Part shown: one piece after another, positions 12,682 through 22,598 of the stretch
Layout of the letters: the number at the start of each line of letters is the position of its first letter
Numbering within the stretch: position 1 is the stretch's first letter
Assembly: GCA_965208105.1 (NCBI GenBank)
Contig: OZ242318.1
Coordinates: forward strand, 2,752,001 to 2,816,000
DNA: 64,000 nt
Direction: 5' to 3'
Origin: Candidatus Latescibacterota bacterium
Lineage (GTDB): Bacteria; Latescibacterota; UBA2968; UBA8231
Position numbers and translations under genes: made by a program
Notes under the pieces: generated by a model
The model's input: the letters and a program-made list of their open reading frames with translations, nothing else
Database searches by the model: none
What the model was told of the DNA's origin: nothing

Positions 12682-14955
12682 ATGAGCACGGTCATGGAAA
12701 GAGAATTCGCCGGGCAACGGGAACGCAATGATTCTCTCCTGGCCGCCACCCGCTACCTGAATGACAGGGTCTCCTCCGAGGTGCTGGCGCTGCACCTCGA
12801 TATACGCAGTCAGGAGAAGCTCGAGGATGAGCAGGTTCAGGCCCTGGAATCCATGCAGATCGAGGCGGCCCGCACCGCAATCCGCTCCCTGGCCGCACTG
12901 GCCAGGATCAACGAGGTGGACCACCTCGGCGGCGGCCTCGAGCTGATTCCCGCGTTGCTGCTCACCCTGGCGGTGACCGACTACGACCGCATCGAGTACA
13001 CCATCGAACACGCACACACCAGCGTCGGCTACTATGCCGCGCTGAGCGCCCTGGGTTTTATCGATCCCGGGGAGGTCGTCGGCAAGTTCCGCCAGGGGCT
13101 GGACCTGCCAGGCCACGTTTCCTGGGTGCCGGGCGGCACCCAGCTAAACGGCGGACGCCTGGGCGTGATAATCCCCGTGGCCGCCGGCCAGGCGTTGGGC
13201 AAGCGAGCCGCCTGCGGCGAGGGCGCCTGGGTGCTCACTCACTGCGGCGACGCGGGCTGGATTTCCGGCCAGGCCCTCAACGGCTTCAACGGTGCCGCCG
13301 TTCACGGCGCCCCGGCTACATTCGTGATGCACCGCAACGGCATTCAGCTTTCGGGCAGCACCCGGAGCATCATGGACAAGGATCCCCGTGAGGTCATTGC
13401 GTCGCTGGGGATCGAAATTCTCGAAATTCCCACACTGCACGACGCCGCCGCTCTCTACCAGGCCTACCGGCATGGCTACGGCCTGGCGCAGGAAGGCCGT
13501 GCAAACCTGATCTATCCGGTGGGATTCCGCTCAGCCGGCGGCAAGCCGGTCACCCTCGAGAGCTTCGCCGCCGATTGCGGAATCGCCGCGCAGATGAAGA
13601 CCCTCGCCACCCGGAACGGCACATCCCTCGATACGGAAGTCTGGGTCCCGGGATCGTTGATGAGCTACAGGGACCCGGAGTCCATGCTGGAGTGCCTCTT
13701 TCTGGTCAACGGTCTGCCGGGTGGGAAAGGCCACCACGACGGCCACATGAAGGACCGCGAAGAGGCCGAGGTCCTGGGCAATCCAATGCTCCAGGAATCG
13801 GCGGCGCAGAGACGGGCCCTGGACAAACTGCGCCGGCAGCCGCGAAGAACGGTGGTCACAAGGAAGCGGCCCGCGCCGGGCAGCCCCAACCTGGTGCTCC
13901 CGACGGAGCACCTCCAGTCGGTGGAGTTGCCCGCCGCGGGAGCAGTGGAGAGCCCCCGGGCCGGCTCCGAGGCCGCATACGCCGCCGTGGCCAGGGCCTT
14001 CCCCGACAAAGTGTTCGTGGTCAGCTGCGACTTGGATCCGTCGACCAAGCTGGCCAAGGCGCGCAGCTTTCTACCCGCCGGCCAACAATTCGAGATGAGC
14101 ATCGAGGAACAGGCCGCAGTCCTCATCGCCGACGGCCTGGCCACCAGCACGCCTGAGCCCCAACTGAACGTGGTGTCGACTTTTGCCGCCTTCTTCGAAG
14201 GGATTGCGCGGGAAGGCTTCGACCTGTGGCGCTACCAGCGCAATCTCAACGGAATCAACGAGGGTCTGAACGTCACCTTTCACCTCTCCCACGTGGGAGC
14301 ATGCACCGGGCGCGACCACTTTTCCGGCTGGGGATTGGACTGGATCAACGTGGGGATTACATACCTCCCCTATCTGCACCGGTTCTACGCACCCGCCGAT
14401 GCCCGGGCGGCTTTCGTGGCAGTCCGCGACCTGGCTGCCCACTACGGCGGCCACATTATCGGCATTCCCAGGGACAATCTTCCCATCCTGGAGAGAGAGG
14501 ACGGCTCCGGGGCACTGTGGGACCCCAACTCGGAGTGGGAACCGGTGACCGCCTGCCGCAGCTTTGAAGGGTCCCGGCAAGCCATACTCGCATTCGGGGC
14601 GCCGGCTTTTCTCGGCGTCGAAGCCGCCAGGTCCCTTGCCGGCCAGGGCGAGCCCACGGACGTTCATATCGTCAATGGCCTTCCCCTGCCCCCGGGGAGC
14701 CTGGAAGAGCTGCTCCAGCGCTATCCCGGGGGAGTGGTGACGGTGGAGGACGGATTCATCGGCACACCTGACACCGGGGTTCGCGGCTTCGCGGGTCTGG
14801 TGGCGAGCGCGGCCTTCGGCAAAGGATTGCCCCTGTCGCACCTGGGCATTACCGATCCGCGCATAGCACCGTCGGCCGGCCACATGGAGACCTGGACCCA
14901 TTTCGGAATCACGGCCGAGGCCCTGGTGCAGGCGGTGAGGGGGCTGCAAGGTTGA
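12682..14955 (+). CDS. Divergent single-chain transketolase-like ThDP enzyme
   Basis: DHLGGG, LPGH, variant ThDP motif CGDAG...HRNGIQ, pyrimidine domain VSCDL / FEMSIEEQAA / STFAAF, C-terminal VVTVED. Confidence 0.82.
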   Translation: MSTVMEREFAGQRERNDSLLAATRYLNDRVSSEVLALHLDIRSQEKLEDEQVQALESMQIEAARTAIRSLAALARINEVDHLGGGLELIPALLLTLAVTDYDRIEYTIEHAHTSVGYYAALSALGFIDPGEVVGKFRQGLDLPGHVSWVPGGTQLNGGRLGVIIPVAAGQALGKRAACGEGAWVLTHCGDAGWISGQALNGFNGAAVHGAPATFVMHRNGIQLSGSTRSIMDKDPREVIASLGIEILEIPTLHDAAALYQAYRHGYGLAQEGRANLIYPVGFRSAGGKPVTLESFAADCGIAAQMKTLATRNGTSLDTEVWVPGSLMSYRDPESMLECLFLVNGLPGGKGHHDGHMKDREEAEVLGNPMLQESAAQRRALDKLRRQPRRTVVTRKRPAPGSPNLVLPTEHLQSVELPAAGAVESPRAGSEAAYAAVARAFPDKVFVVSCDLDPSTKLAKARSFLPAGQQFEMSIEEQAAVLIADGLATSTPEPQLNVVSTFAAFFEGIAREGFDLWRYQRNLNGINEGLNVTFHLSHVGACTGRDHFSGWGLDWINVGITYLPYLHRFYAPADARAAFVAVRDLAAHYGGHIIGIPRDNLPILEREDGSGALWDPNSEWEPVTACRSFEGSRQAILAFGAPAFLGVEAARSLAGQGEPTDVHIVNGLPLPPGSLEELLQRYPGGVVTVEDGFIGTPDTGVRGFAGLVASAAFGKGLPLSHLGITDPRIAPSAGHMETWTHFGITAEALVQAVRGLQG

Positions 14956-15031
14956 TCCCCACCTCGCCCGCTGTAGTCGGACCTCGAGATCTCGGTGTGA
15001 ATCTACGAATAAAAAAAGGGGGATGTATCAG

Positions 15032-15676
15032 ATGGCGCGCTGTTTTGCATTGCTGTTGGCTGCGGCATTTGCGCTCTCGAACTGTGCCGGCGAGCAGGGA
15101 GGAGGCCTGGACGAGGAGGCTCTGGCCGACCCGCAGAGCGCGAAGATGAAGCGGAAGGCACCCGACCGATTCAAGGTTGGGTTCGAGACCAGCGCCGGGC
15201 ACTTTGTGATCGCCGTCGAGCGCGACGCGGCACCTCGCGGGGCGGATCGATTCTACAACCTCGTAATGAACGGGTTCTACGACGGGCAGCGCTTTTTCCG
15301 GGTAGTCCCGGGTTTCGTCGTGCAGTTCGGCATCCACGGCGACCCCGGGATCGCAGCCAGGTGGAAGGGCGCGAAAATAAAGGACGATGCGGTAAAAATC
15401 GGCAATGGACGTGGAACGATTGCCTTTGCAAAGTCAAGCCTGCCTCACAGTCGCACCACTCAGGTCTTCATCAACTACAAGGACAATTTTCGCCTGGACG
15501 CCATGGGGTTTGCAACCTTCGGCAGGGTGGTCGAAGGGATGGATGTGGTGGATTCGATCAACAGCCAGTACGGCCAGGATCCCGATCAGGGCCAGATCCA
15601 GAGCCGGGGGAACGCCTACCTCATCGAGAATTTCCCCGACCTCGATTTTATTCTGCAAGCCCGCGTAGTCGATTAG
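15032..15676 (+). CDS. Cyclophilin-type peptidyl-prolyl isomerase, lipoprotein
   Basis: FYDGQRFFRVVPGFVVQFG, RTTQVFIN, FGRVVEGMDVVD; signal peptide with lipobox-like LSNC. Confidence 0.92.
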   Translation: MARCFALLLAAAFALSNCAGEQGGGLDEEALADPQSAKMKRKAPDRFKVGFETSAGHFVIAVERDAAPRGADRFYNLVMNGFYDGQRFFRVVPGFVVQFGIHGDPGIAARWKGAKIKDDAVKIGNGRGTIAFAKSSLPHSRTTQVFINYKDNFRLDAMGFATFGRVVEGMDVVDSINSQYGQDPDQGQIQSRGNAYLIENFPDLDFILQARVVD

Positions 15677-15747
15677 CCCGCACTGATCAGGATTGCCGGA
15701 GGGCAGTCTCGACCCCGCGCTTCCGGCCGTATTCCGCCTTCTTCATC

Positions 15748-16788
15748 TCAGGCGCCTTCCTCCGGCCGGACGACCACCTTCAGTCCACTGCGCTCCGAAG
15801 CACAGCTAAAAGCCCTCTGCCAGTCTGTCAAGGTGAAGACGTCGGAAACGAGCTTGCCCGTATCCACCTGGCCACTGGAGGTCAGGCTCAGGGCGCGTCG
15901 CCAGGACTCGAGACTCGAGGTGAAGGAACCCAGCACCGTCATGTCCTTGTAGACGATCAGGTCCAGGTCCGCCTGGACCGGCCTGCCGAACAGACCTACC
16001 TGAACCATTCGCCCGCCCGCCCTGGCCAGCTGCAGACCGGTGCCGAATGCCGCAGCGCCGCCCGAGCACTCGAAGACGACATCCACTCCATCCCCTTTCA
16101 GCACCTCGTTCAAGCGGGCAGACAGGTCGGGCGCCTCGGCCTCGAATACCTCTTCGGCCCCCAGATCCCTGCCCAGACTCAAGCGGGCAGCGTCGCTTTT
16201 CAGGCCGACCAGGAACACGCGGGCGCCGGTGGCCATCGCCACCTGGGTACACAGCAACCCGATTGCACCCGGCCCCAGCACGGCGACGCTCTCGCCAGCC
16301 TGCAGGCCGCCGATGTCGAAGGCCGCCTTGGCGACGCAGGCCAGGGGCTCGGTCAGGCATCCCGCGACAAAATCCTGGTGATCGGGAAGGCGGTAGAGAT
16401 TGGCGGTTTTGGCCACCATGTAGTGGGCGAAGGCGCCGTTGACGTGGCTGCCATAGGATCGGCGGGCGGTGCACAGGCCGAACTGGCCGACCCGGCAGTG
16501 GGAGCATTGGCCGCAGGTAGACGCAAATGGGTGGGAGGTGACGCGGTCGCCGACGTTCCACCCCTCCGCATCGCTTCCCAATTCGACGATGGTGCCGGCC
16601 AGTTCATGGCCGATGGTAACGGGGGGACGGCACGAGGGGTACTCTCCCGCGAGGATGTGAAGGTCGGTCCCACAGATGCCTACAGCCCCGACCCTGAGGA
16701 GGACCTCATCGGGTCCAGGTTGCGGCCGGGCGGCACTGCGCAGCTCGAGATTTCCCGGTCCCTCGTCAAATTTGATCAGAGCTTCCAT
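15748..16788 (-). CDS. Zinc-dependent alcohol dehydrogenase (sorbitol/threonine dehydrogenase-like MDR)
   Basis: GICGTD, GHE, structural Zn CxxCxxCx7C, GPGAIG. Confidence 0.92.
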   Translation of the reverse strand: MEALIKFDEGPGNLELRSAARPQPGPDEVLLRVGAVGICGTDLHILAGEYPSCRPPVTIGHELAGTIVELGSDAEGWNVGDRVTSHPFASTCGQCSHCRVGQFGLCTARRSYGSHVNGAFAHYMVAKTANLYRLPDHQDFVAGCLTEPLACVAKAAFDIGGLQAGESVAVLGPGAIGLLCTQVAMATGARVFLVGLKSDAARLSLGRDLGAEEVFEAEAPDLSARLNEVLKGDGVDVVFECSGGAAAFGTGLQLARAGGRMVQVGLFGRPVQADLDLIVYKDMTVLGSFTSSLESWRRALSLTSSGQVDTGKLVSDVFTLTDWQRAFSCASERSGLKVVVRPEEGA

Positions 16789-17063
16789 CTGAGCCCGTTT
16801 CCATCAACTCCCATGCCTGTCCAACTCGCCGTTGCCCGGGGCCTTGCCGCCAGGATCCAGGGAACTTCCCGCACACCCGCATCTTCGCGTCACTTTCACT
16901 CCGGGTTTCATAATGAAAGCATAGAATCGCCGTAAGGCCAGATCAACCGTGGAGCATGTTGAAGGCGGACCCGGCAAGTGGTATTTTAGGGAGAATGTTG
17001 CCCTGAGAGCCGCGGCGCTTCCGGCGCTTCCGCCGCTTCCGATTCTGAAGGAAGGATACGACC

Positions 17064-17903
17064 ATGACCATGAAGCTATCGCTGTCGGTGCGGGTGGCCG
17101 AGAAGTTCAACGCCAAGCGCGAAGCCTCCATTCCGCTTGAAGAACTTGCCGACCTGGCGGCGGCAGAACACTACCACGCCGTCTGCATGCGGGCCTCCCA
17201 GGTGGGCACCCACACACCGATTGAGACGGTGAAGGAGAAACGCAGGCAACTGGACCAACGCGGCCTCGCGGTTTCCATGGTGACCGGAGATTTCCCCATA
17301 CCCGAAAATACCCCGGAAGGCACTCAGGCCCTGCGCAACATCACCCCTTATCTCGACCTGGCCGATACCCTGGGGGCGGACTTGCTGCGAATCTGCATGA
17401 AAGAGGAGGCGGACATCAGGTGGGCCCAACGCGCCGCGGACGAGGCCGGGGAGCGCGGCAAGAGACTGGCCCACCAATGCCACACCGGCAGTCTGTTCGA
17501 GCGCGTGGAGGACTCTGTGCTGGTCCTGGAGCGGGTTGGCAGGGAGAATTTCGGCATCATCTACGAGCCCGCCAACCTGGAGTTGTGCGGCGAGGAATAT
17601 GGAGCTGAGGTCATCAAGCGCTTCGAGCCGTATCTCTTCAATGTCTATCTGCAGAACCAGCAGATCAAGCCCGACGGCGAGGTGTCGATCAACACCTGGT
17701 CCAAGGGGGAGATCCGCTTCGACCAGATTCCAATCTGGGAGGACGGAGGAATAAGCCTGCCCCCGATCATGTCCGCCCTCGAGGAAATCGGCTATGCGGG
17801 TTACGTGACCGTTCACCAGGCCTTCGGCGGTCTCAAAGGTCCGCAGGAAGCCGCGGCCCGGAGCGCCCGCTACCTCAAGTCCCTGGCGCAATTCGAGCAG
17901 TAG
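17064..17903 (+). CDS. Sugar phosphate isomerase/epimerase (xylose isomerase-like TIM barrel)
   Basis: LAHQCH, NFGIIYEPAN, GYAGYVTVH pattern typical of AP endonuclease 2/IolE-like barrels. Confidence 0.78.
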   Translation: MTMKLSLSVRVAEKFNAKREASIPLEELADLAAAEHYHAVCMRASQVGTHTPIETVKEKRRQLDQRGLAVSMVTGDFPIPENTPEGTQALRNITPYLDLADTLGADLLRICMKEEADIRWAQRAADEAGERGKRLAHQCHTGSLFERVEDSVLVLERVGRENFGIIYEPANLELCGEEYGAEVIKRFEPYLFNVYLQNQQIKPDGEVSINTWSKGEIRFDQIPIWEDGGISLPPIMSALEEIGYAGYVTVHQAFGGLKGPQEAAARSARYLKSLAQFEQ

Positions 17904-18013
17904 ACCCCCCAGGGATCGACTCCGGTCCTGGGCAGAATGCCCATTTTTCTTGACCCCGGGCAAATTTTTGCTACCCTAAATGGCGTCGAGCCCACGTCCC
18001 AATGGAGAACATC

Positions 18014-18814
18014 ATGAGGAAAAGACTGCTGATTTTTTGCGCCGGATTGGCCTTTCTCGGCTGCGCTGCGGACAATGGAGTAGCTCCGGCAGGTTCGCCG
18101 GAGGGCGCCGCGGCAGGCAATGATTCTGCAACCGACCTCAACCCACCTGGCGGACAGGCCGAGGTGGAGCCCAGGGTGCTTTCCCTGGAAACACATTACG
18201 TCAGGGACGTCGAGGGCCGAATTGTCGAGCAATACCAATTCTACCGCGAAGGCGCGGATATTATCAAGCACGGATACTACAAATCGTTCTGGCAAAATGG
18301 GAACAGGAAGGAAGAGGGGGCATTCAAGGAAGGGAAAAAAGATGGAACCTGGACCTTTTTTGCCGATTCCGGGACTGAAAAGATCAGCGAGGAGGTGTGG
18401 GAGGAAGGGCGCCTCCTGCACCATGCGACCTATTACCCCAATGGAAACCCGCGCAGCGAGTCGACCTATTCGGACCGGGGAGAGGCCACTATTTACTACT
18501 ACGAAAATGGGAACAAGGAAAGGGAGGGCGCCTACAAAAGCGGCCTGGAGGATGGGCTGTGGATCTGGTATTACGAGAACGGCAACAAGAAGGAAGAAGG
18601 CTTTTTCAGAGACGGAAAGTGGGACGGAACCTGGACCTGGTACCGCGAAGATGGGACCATGCAGTATGAGAGAGCATACCTGAACGGGGTTGAACGGGGG
18701 GTTTGGACCTGGTGGGATGAGCACGGGAACAAAACCAGGCAGGAGATCTGGCAGGACGGCTACAGGGTGGAAGCGGTAGACTGCAGCCAGAATCCCCAGG
18801 GTTGCGCCGGATAG
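18014..18814 (+). CDS. MORN-variant repeat lipoprotein (YwqK-like)
   Basis: Lipobox FLGC; repeated YYENGNKxxEGxYxxGxxxGxW units. Confidence 0.85.
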   Translation: MRKRLLIFCAGLAFLGCAADNGVAPAGSPEGAAAGNDSATDLNPPGGQAEVEPRVLSLETHYVRDVEGRIVEQYQFYREGADIIKHGYYKSFWQNGNRKEEGAFKEGKKDGTWTFFADSGTEKISEEVWEEGRLLHHATYYPNGNPRSESTYSDRGEATIYYYENGNKEREGAYKSGLEDGLWIWYYENGNKKEEGFFRDGKWDGTWTWYREDGTMQYERAYLNGVERGVWTWWDEHGNKTRQEIWQDGYRVEAVDCSQNPQGCAG

Positions 18815-18838
18815 CCGGGACAATCGACTTTTTCATTG

Positions 18839-18875
18839 AAGGGCCTGTGGGAAGTTCATCCCGCAGGCCCTTTTT
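18839..18875 (+). terminator. Rho-independent terminator
   Basis: AAGGGCCTGTGGGA-loop-TCCCGCAGGCCCTT followed by a T run. Confidence 0.75.
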
Positions 18876-19119
18876 CTGTGCCCTGCGGCAGGGCTCGGGA
18901 TGGGCGAATCCGGCGGCTTTCGCGCACTCGCTCGAGCCCCCCTGGCCGCGGCAGGCAGGCAAGCTCACCCGGTGGTGAAAGGCATGCCGCAATCCGGCCG
19001 AGGTCGTGTTGTGCCTGCCGCGGCGAAATGCTATACTGAGGCTCGAACCGGGGAGACGCCTCCTCCTCCCGGCCGCGGCAATTCCTGCAGGTACCCGCCC
19101 TTCTTCTACCGGAGATTCC

Positions 19120-22100
19120 ATGCGCTTCGCAATCGACGTGCATCTCCACTCGCGCTATGCCCGGGCCACCAGCCGTGACCTGAATCCGGAGAACCTGCAC
19201 AAGTGGTCGGCGCTCAAGGGGATCACCGTGGTAGGGACCGGGGATTACACCCATCCCGCGTGGTTCGCCGAGCTGCGGGAAAAGCTGGAGCCGGCCGAGG
19301 AGGGGCTTTTCAGACTCAAGCCGGAACTGAGCAGGTCCGTCGACGCCGGGTTGCCCCGCTCCTGCCGCGGGGAAGTGCGATTCATGCTCTCGGTGGAAAT
19401 CAGCTCGATCTACAAGAAAAACGGCCGCACCCGGAAGGTTCACAACGTGGTCATACTGCCTGGCTTCGAGGATGTGGAGAGGCTCAATGCCCGCCTCGGA
19501 GCCATCGGCAATCTCAACGCCGACGGACGCCCCATTCTGGGGCTGGACAGCCGCGACCTGCTCGAGATCTGCCTCGAGGTATGCCCCGGATTGCTCTTTA
19601 TCCCCGCCCACATCTGGACTCCGCATTTCGCAGCCCTGGGGGCAAGCTCGGGCTTCGACAGCCTGGAAGAGTGTTTCGAGGATCTGCTTCCTCACATCAT
19701 TGCCGTGGAAACCGGCCTTTCCTCCGATCCCCCCATGAACTGGCGGCTGTCGGCCCTGGATTCCTTTGCCATCGTATCCAACTCCGATGCCCACTCCCCG
19801 CAAAAACTGGGGCGCGAGGCCACCTGCTTCGACACCGAGCTCTCCTACCCGGCCATTCTCGCCGCCTTGAAATATCGCCACCTCCAGCGTTTCACCGGCA
19901 CCCTGGAATTCTACCCGGAAGAGGGAAAATACCACTACGACGGCCATCGCAACTGCTCGGTCCGCTGGAAACCTGCCCAGACCCTCGCCGCCGGAGGAAT
20001 CTGTCCCGGCTGCGGCCGCCGGTTGACCGTGGGGGTGCTGCACCGGGTCGAGCTGTTGGCCGATCGCCCCGAAGGCGCCCGCCCCGAGGGTGCCCGGGCT
20101 TGTGAGTATTTGATCCCCCTGGCCGAGGTCATCGGCGCAGCGGTGGGTGTGGGACCCCAGAGCAAGAAGGTAAGGGGCATCTACGAAAAACTCCTCGCGG
20201 CTCTGGGCCCGGAGCTGGAGATCCTGCGCTCGAGGCCGGTCGAGGCGATTGCCCGCTGTGACGAACCACTGGTGGCCGAGGGAGTGCGCCGCATGCGAAC
20301 CGGGGAGTTGGAGATTCTTCCCGGATACGACGGGGAGTACGGCACTATCCGGATTTTCAGCGACGATGAGCGCGGGCAGCTCAGTGGCCAGACCTTCCTG
20401 TTCGACCTTCCCGCGCCTTCCGCGGCGGAACCAGGCGAAGAAAAAAGCCCGGAGGCTCAAGTTGACGGGCAGAGTCCTGAAGCAGTATCGGTATCCCCGG
20501 GCAGAAATGAGCTCGACCACGGCCAGCAACTCGCCGTCGAGGCCGAGTGGGGCCCTCTGGTGGTGGCTGCGGGCCCCGGCTCCGGGAAGACCCTTACCCT
20601 GACCCGGCGCATCGCTCATTTGATCCGGGTAAGAGGAGTGAGTCCGGCACGGATCCTGGCCGTCACCTTTACCAGGCGGGCCGCAGCCGAGATGCGGGAA
20701 CGCCTCGCGGCTCTGCTGCCCGCCGCCCAGGACCTGGACCCTCTTTGCGTTGGAACCTTTCACAGGGTTGCCCTGGATCTGTTGAACGCCCATGGAAAAG
20801 GAGAGGAGAAGACCGTTGTGGACACCGTGGAGGCGCGCCGCATTCTCGCCACCGTCCTCGAGGATGAAGGTCTCAAGATGCGTCCCCGTGCGGCTCAGGA
20901 GGCCATCTCCCTGGCCAAGGCGGCGGGAGAGCTGCCGGCTGACGGCAGCCCGCGATTGCGCCGCGCATACAGTGCCTACCAGGAGCGATTGCGGGCCTAC
21001 CGGGCGCGGGACTACGACGATATCCTACTCGATCTCCTGGAATTGCTCGAGGCGGACAAACAGGTTCTGGAGGCGGTCCGGGACCGGTTCGTCCACCTTC
21101 TGGTCGACGAGTTTCAGGACGTCAACGCGGTCCAGTACAGGCTGGTACAGCTTCTGGCCGGCAGGGGTCAAAACCTGTTCGTCATCGGCGATCCGGACCA
21201 GGCCATATACGGATTCAGAGGCGCCGAGCCCCGCTACTTCGGTCGGTTGGAGGCCGACTTTTCCGCAGCCCGCTGCATCCATCTGAAATGCAACTACCGT
21301 CGTCCGGCTCCATCGTGAAAGCCGCCTCCGCCCTGCTCCGGCGTCCCGCCGCGCCTGTCCCCGGGCGCGGGGAAGGGATGCCGCTCCGCCTGATCTCCGT
21401 CCCCAGCGAGGTCGCCGAAGGCATTGCGGTCGTGCGCGAAATCGGCCGCATGGTGGGCGGCGCCGACATGGTGCAGTCCGACCGTCAGCAGGCGGCTGCC
21501 TCGCGGGCGCGCAGCTTCGGCGATTTCGGCGTGCTCCTGCGCACCGGACGCCAGGCCGAGGTGGTGGAGGAGTGCTTCCTTCAGGAGGGACTGCCATACC
21601 GGCTGGCCGGGCAAAAGAGCTTTCTCGAAGGCGAGAGCGTGCGCGCCGCTTTGGCCTTCAGCCGCTATGTCCTGCAGCCCCGGGCAGGACTGCGCCTGTT
21701 GCACGCCCTGGAGTGGCCGGCCTTTCACCCCGGAGCGGCGGCTTTGTCCGCACTGCGCCGGCAGGTGGGAGTGGTTTCAGCCTCGGAGCTGCTCCGCCAT
21801 CTGCAGGGTCCCGCGGAGAAAAAACGACGACTGCTGGAAGCCGCCGCGGCGCGCTTTCGCCCGATTGCCGCATCCGGAAGCCCTGCGGCATTCCTGCGGC
21901 GCTGGCAGGAGGAGTATGGTCCCGATGATGACGCCGACCTGGAACGGCTTATCCGAATCGCTGAAAACGCCCCGTCCCTGGAGCAGTTGCTGGACACGGT
22001 CCTGCTGGGGCTGGAGGCGGACTACGAGCGCAGCAGCGGACCCGATGCCCGCGGCGAGGCGGTGCAGCTGATGACCCTGCACGCGGCCAAAGGCCTGGAA

Positions 22101-22379
22101 TTTCCCGTAGTCTTCATCTGCGGGGTCGAGGACGGCCTCATTCCCTTCCGGGACAGGGAGGCGGATCTGGAAGAGGAGCGCCGGCTGTTCTACGTGGGGA
22201 TGACCAGGGCCCGGGAGGAAGTGGTGCTGCTGAAGACGCGCCGCCGAAAGCACCACGGCAGGACCCTGCAGCCCGAGGCCTCGCCGTTTCTGCAGCGGAT
22301 CCCCTCCCACCTGCTGAAAAAAGAGCAGGTGGAGTTTACCAGCCGACCGGACCGGGCTGAACAGTTGTCCCTGTTTTGA
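19120..22379 (+). pseudogene. Endonuclease Q (PHP-like, TIGR00375 type) fused to a UvrD/PcrA-like SF1 helicase; split by a 1-bp frameshift at about 21300 (pseudogene or sequencing error)
   Basis: N-terminal DVHLHSRYARATS, PAHIWTP, SNSDAHS, GKYHYDGHRNC...CPGC; helicase AGPGSGKT, VTFTRRAA, VDEFQD, IGDPDQAIYGFRGA, NYR; second frame continues SSGSIVKAA...MTLHAAKGLEF, EERRLFYVGMTRA. Confidence 0.85.
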
Positions 22380-22386
22380 CTGTTGT

Positions 22387-22553
22387 CTAGTGCCTGCTTG
22401 CGCAATTCCGCGTGAATTCGGCCGCCGCTGCATCCCGGCTCGCGGCGTTGCCCTCCCTCGCCGTACACTCCAGGTACGACTCGCTCAGGCGCCTTGCGAG
22501 CCGGGCGCTTCTGCGCCCTCGTTCGTACGCTTACTTACGCAAGCAGGCACTAG
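22387..22553 (+). mobile_element. MITE-like structured repeat, copy 1
   Basis: Perfect 16-bp terminal inverted repeats CTAGTGCCTGCTTGCG / CGCAAGCAGGCACTAG; 68-bp core (22435-22502) matches 50350-50417 at 60/68 positions. Confidence 0.8.
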
Positions 22554-22598
22554 TCCGACCCCCCGCCCGGACATTGCCAGCGCATGGTCCAATTGCCT

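Noticed and set aside
17014-17040. Three tandem 9-bp units (GGCGCTTCC x2, GCCGCTTCC) before the isomerase RBS
   Set aside because: Too short and GC-rich to distinguish from slippage or chance; not CRISPR-like.
18240-18760. Periodic purine-rich repeats
   Set aside because: Explained by the MORN-variant protein repeats.
21288-21318. Programmed ribosomal frameshift in the EndoQ-UvrD gene
   Set aside because: No slippery heptamer or homopolymer; a simple 1-bp deletion explains it.
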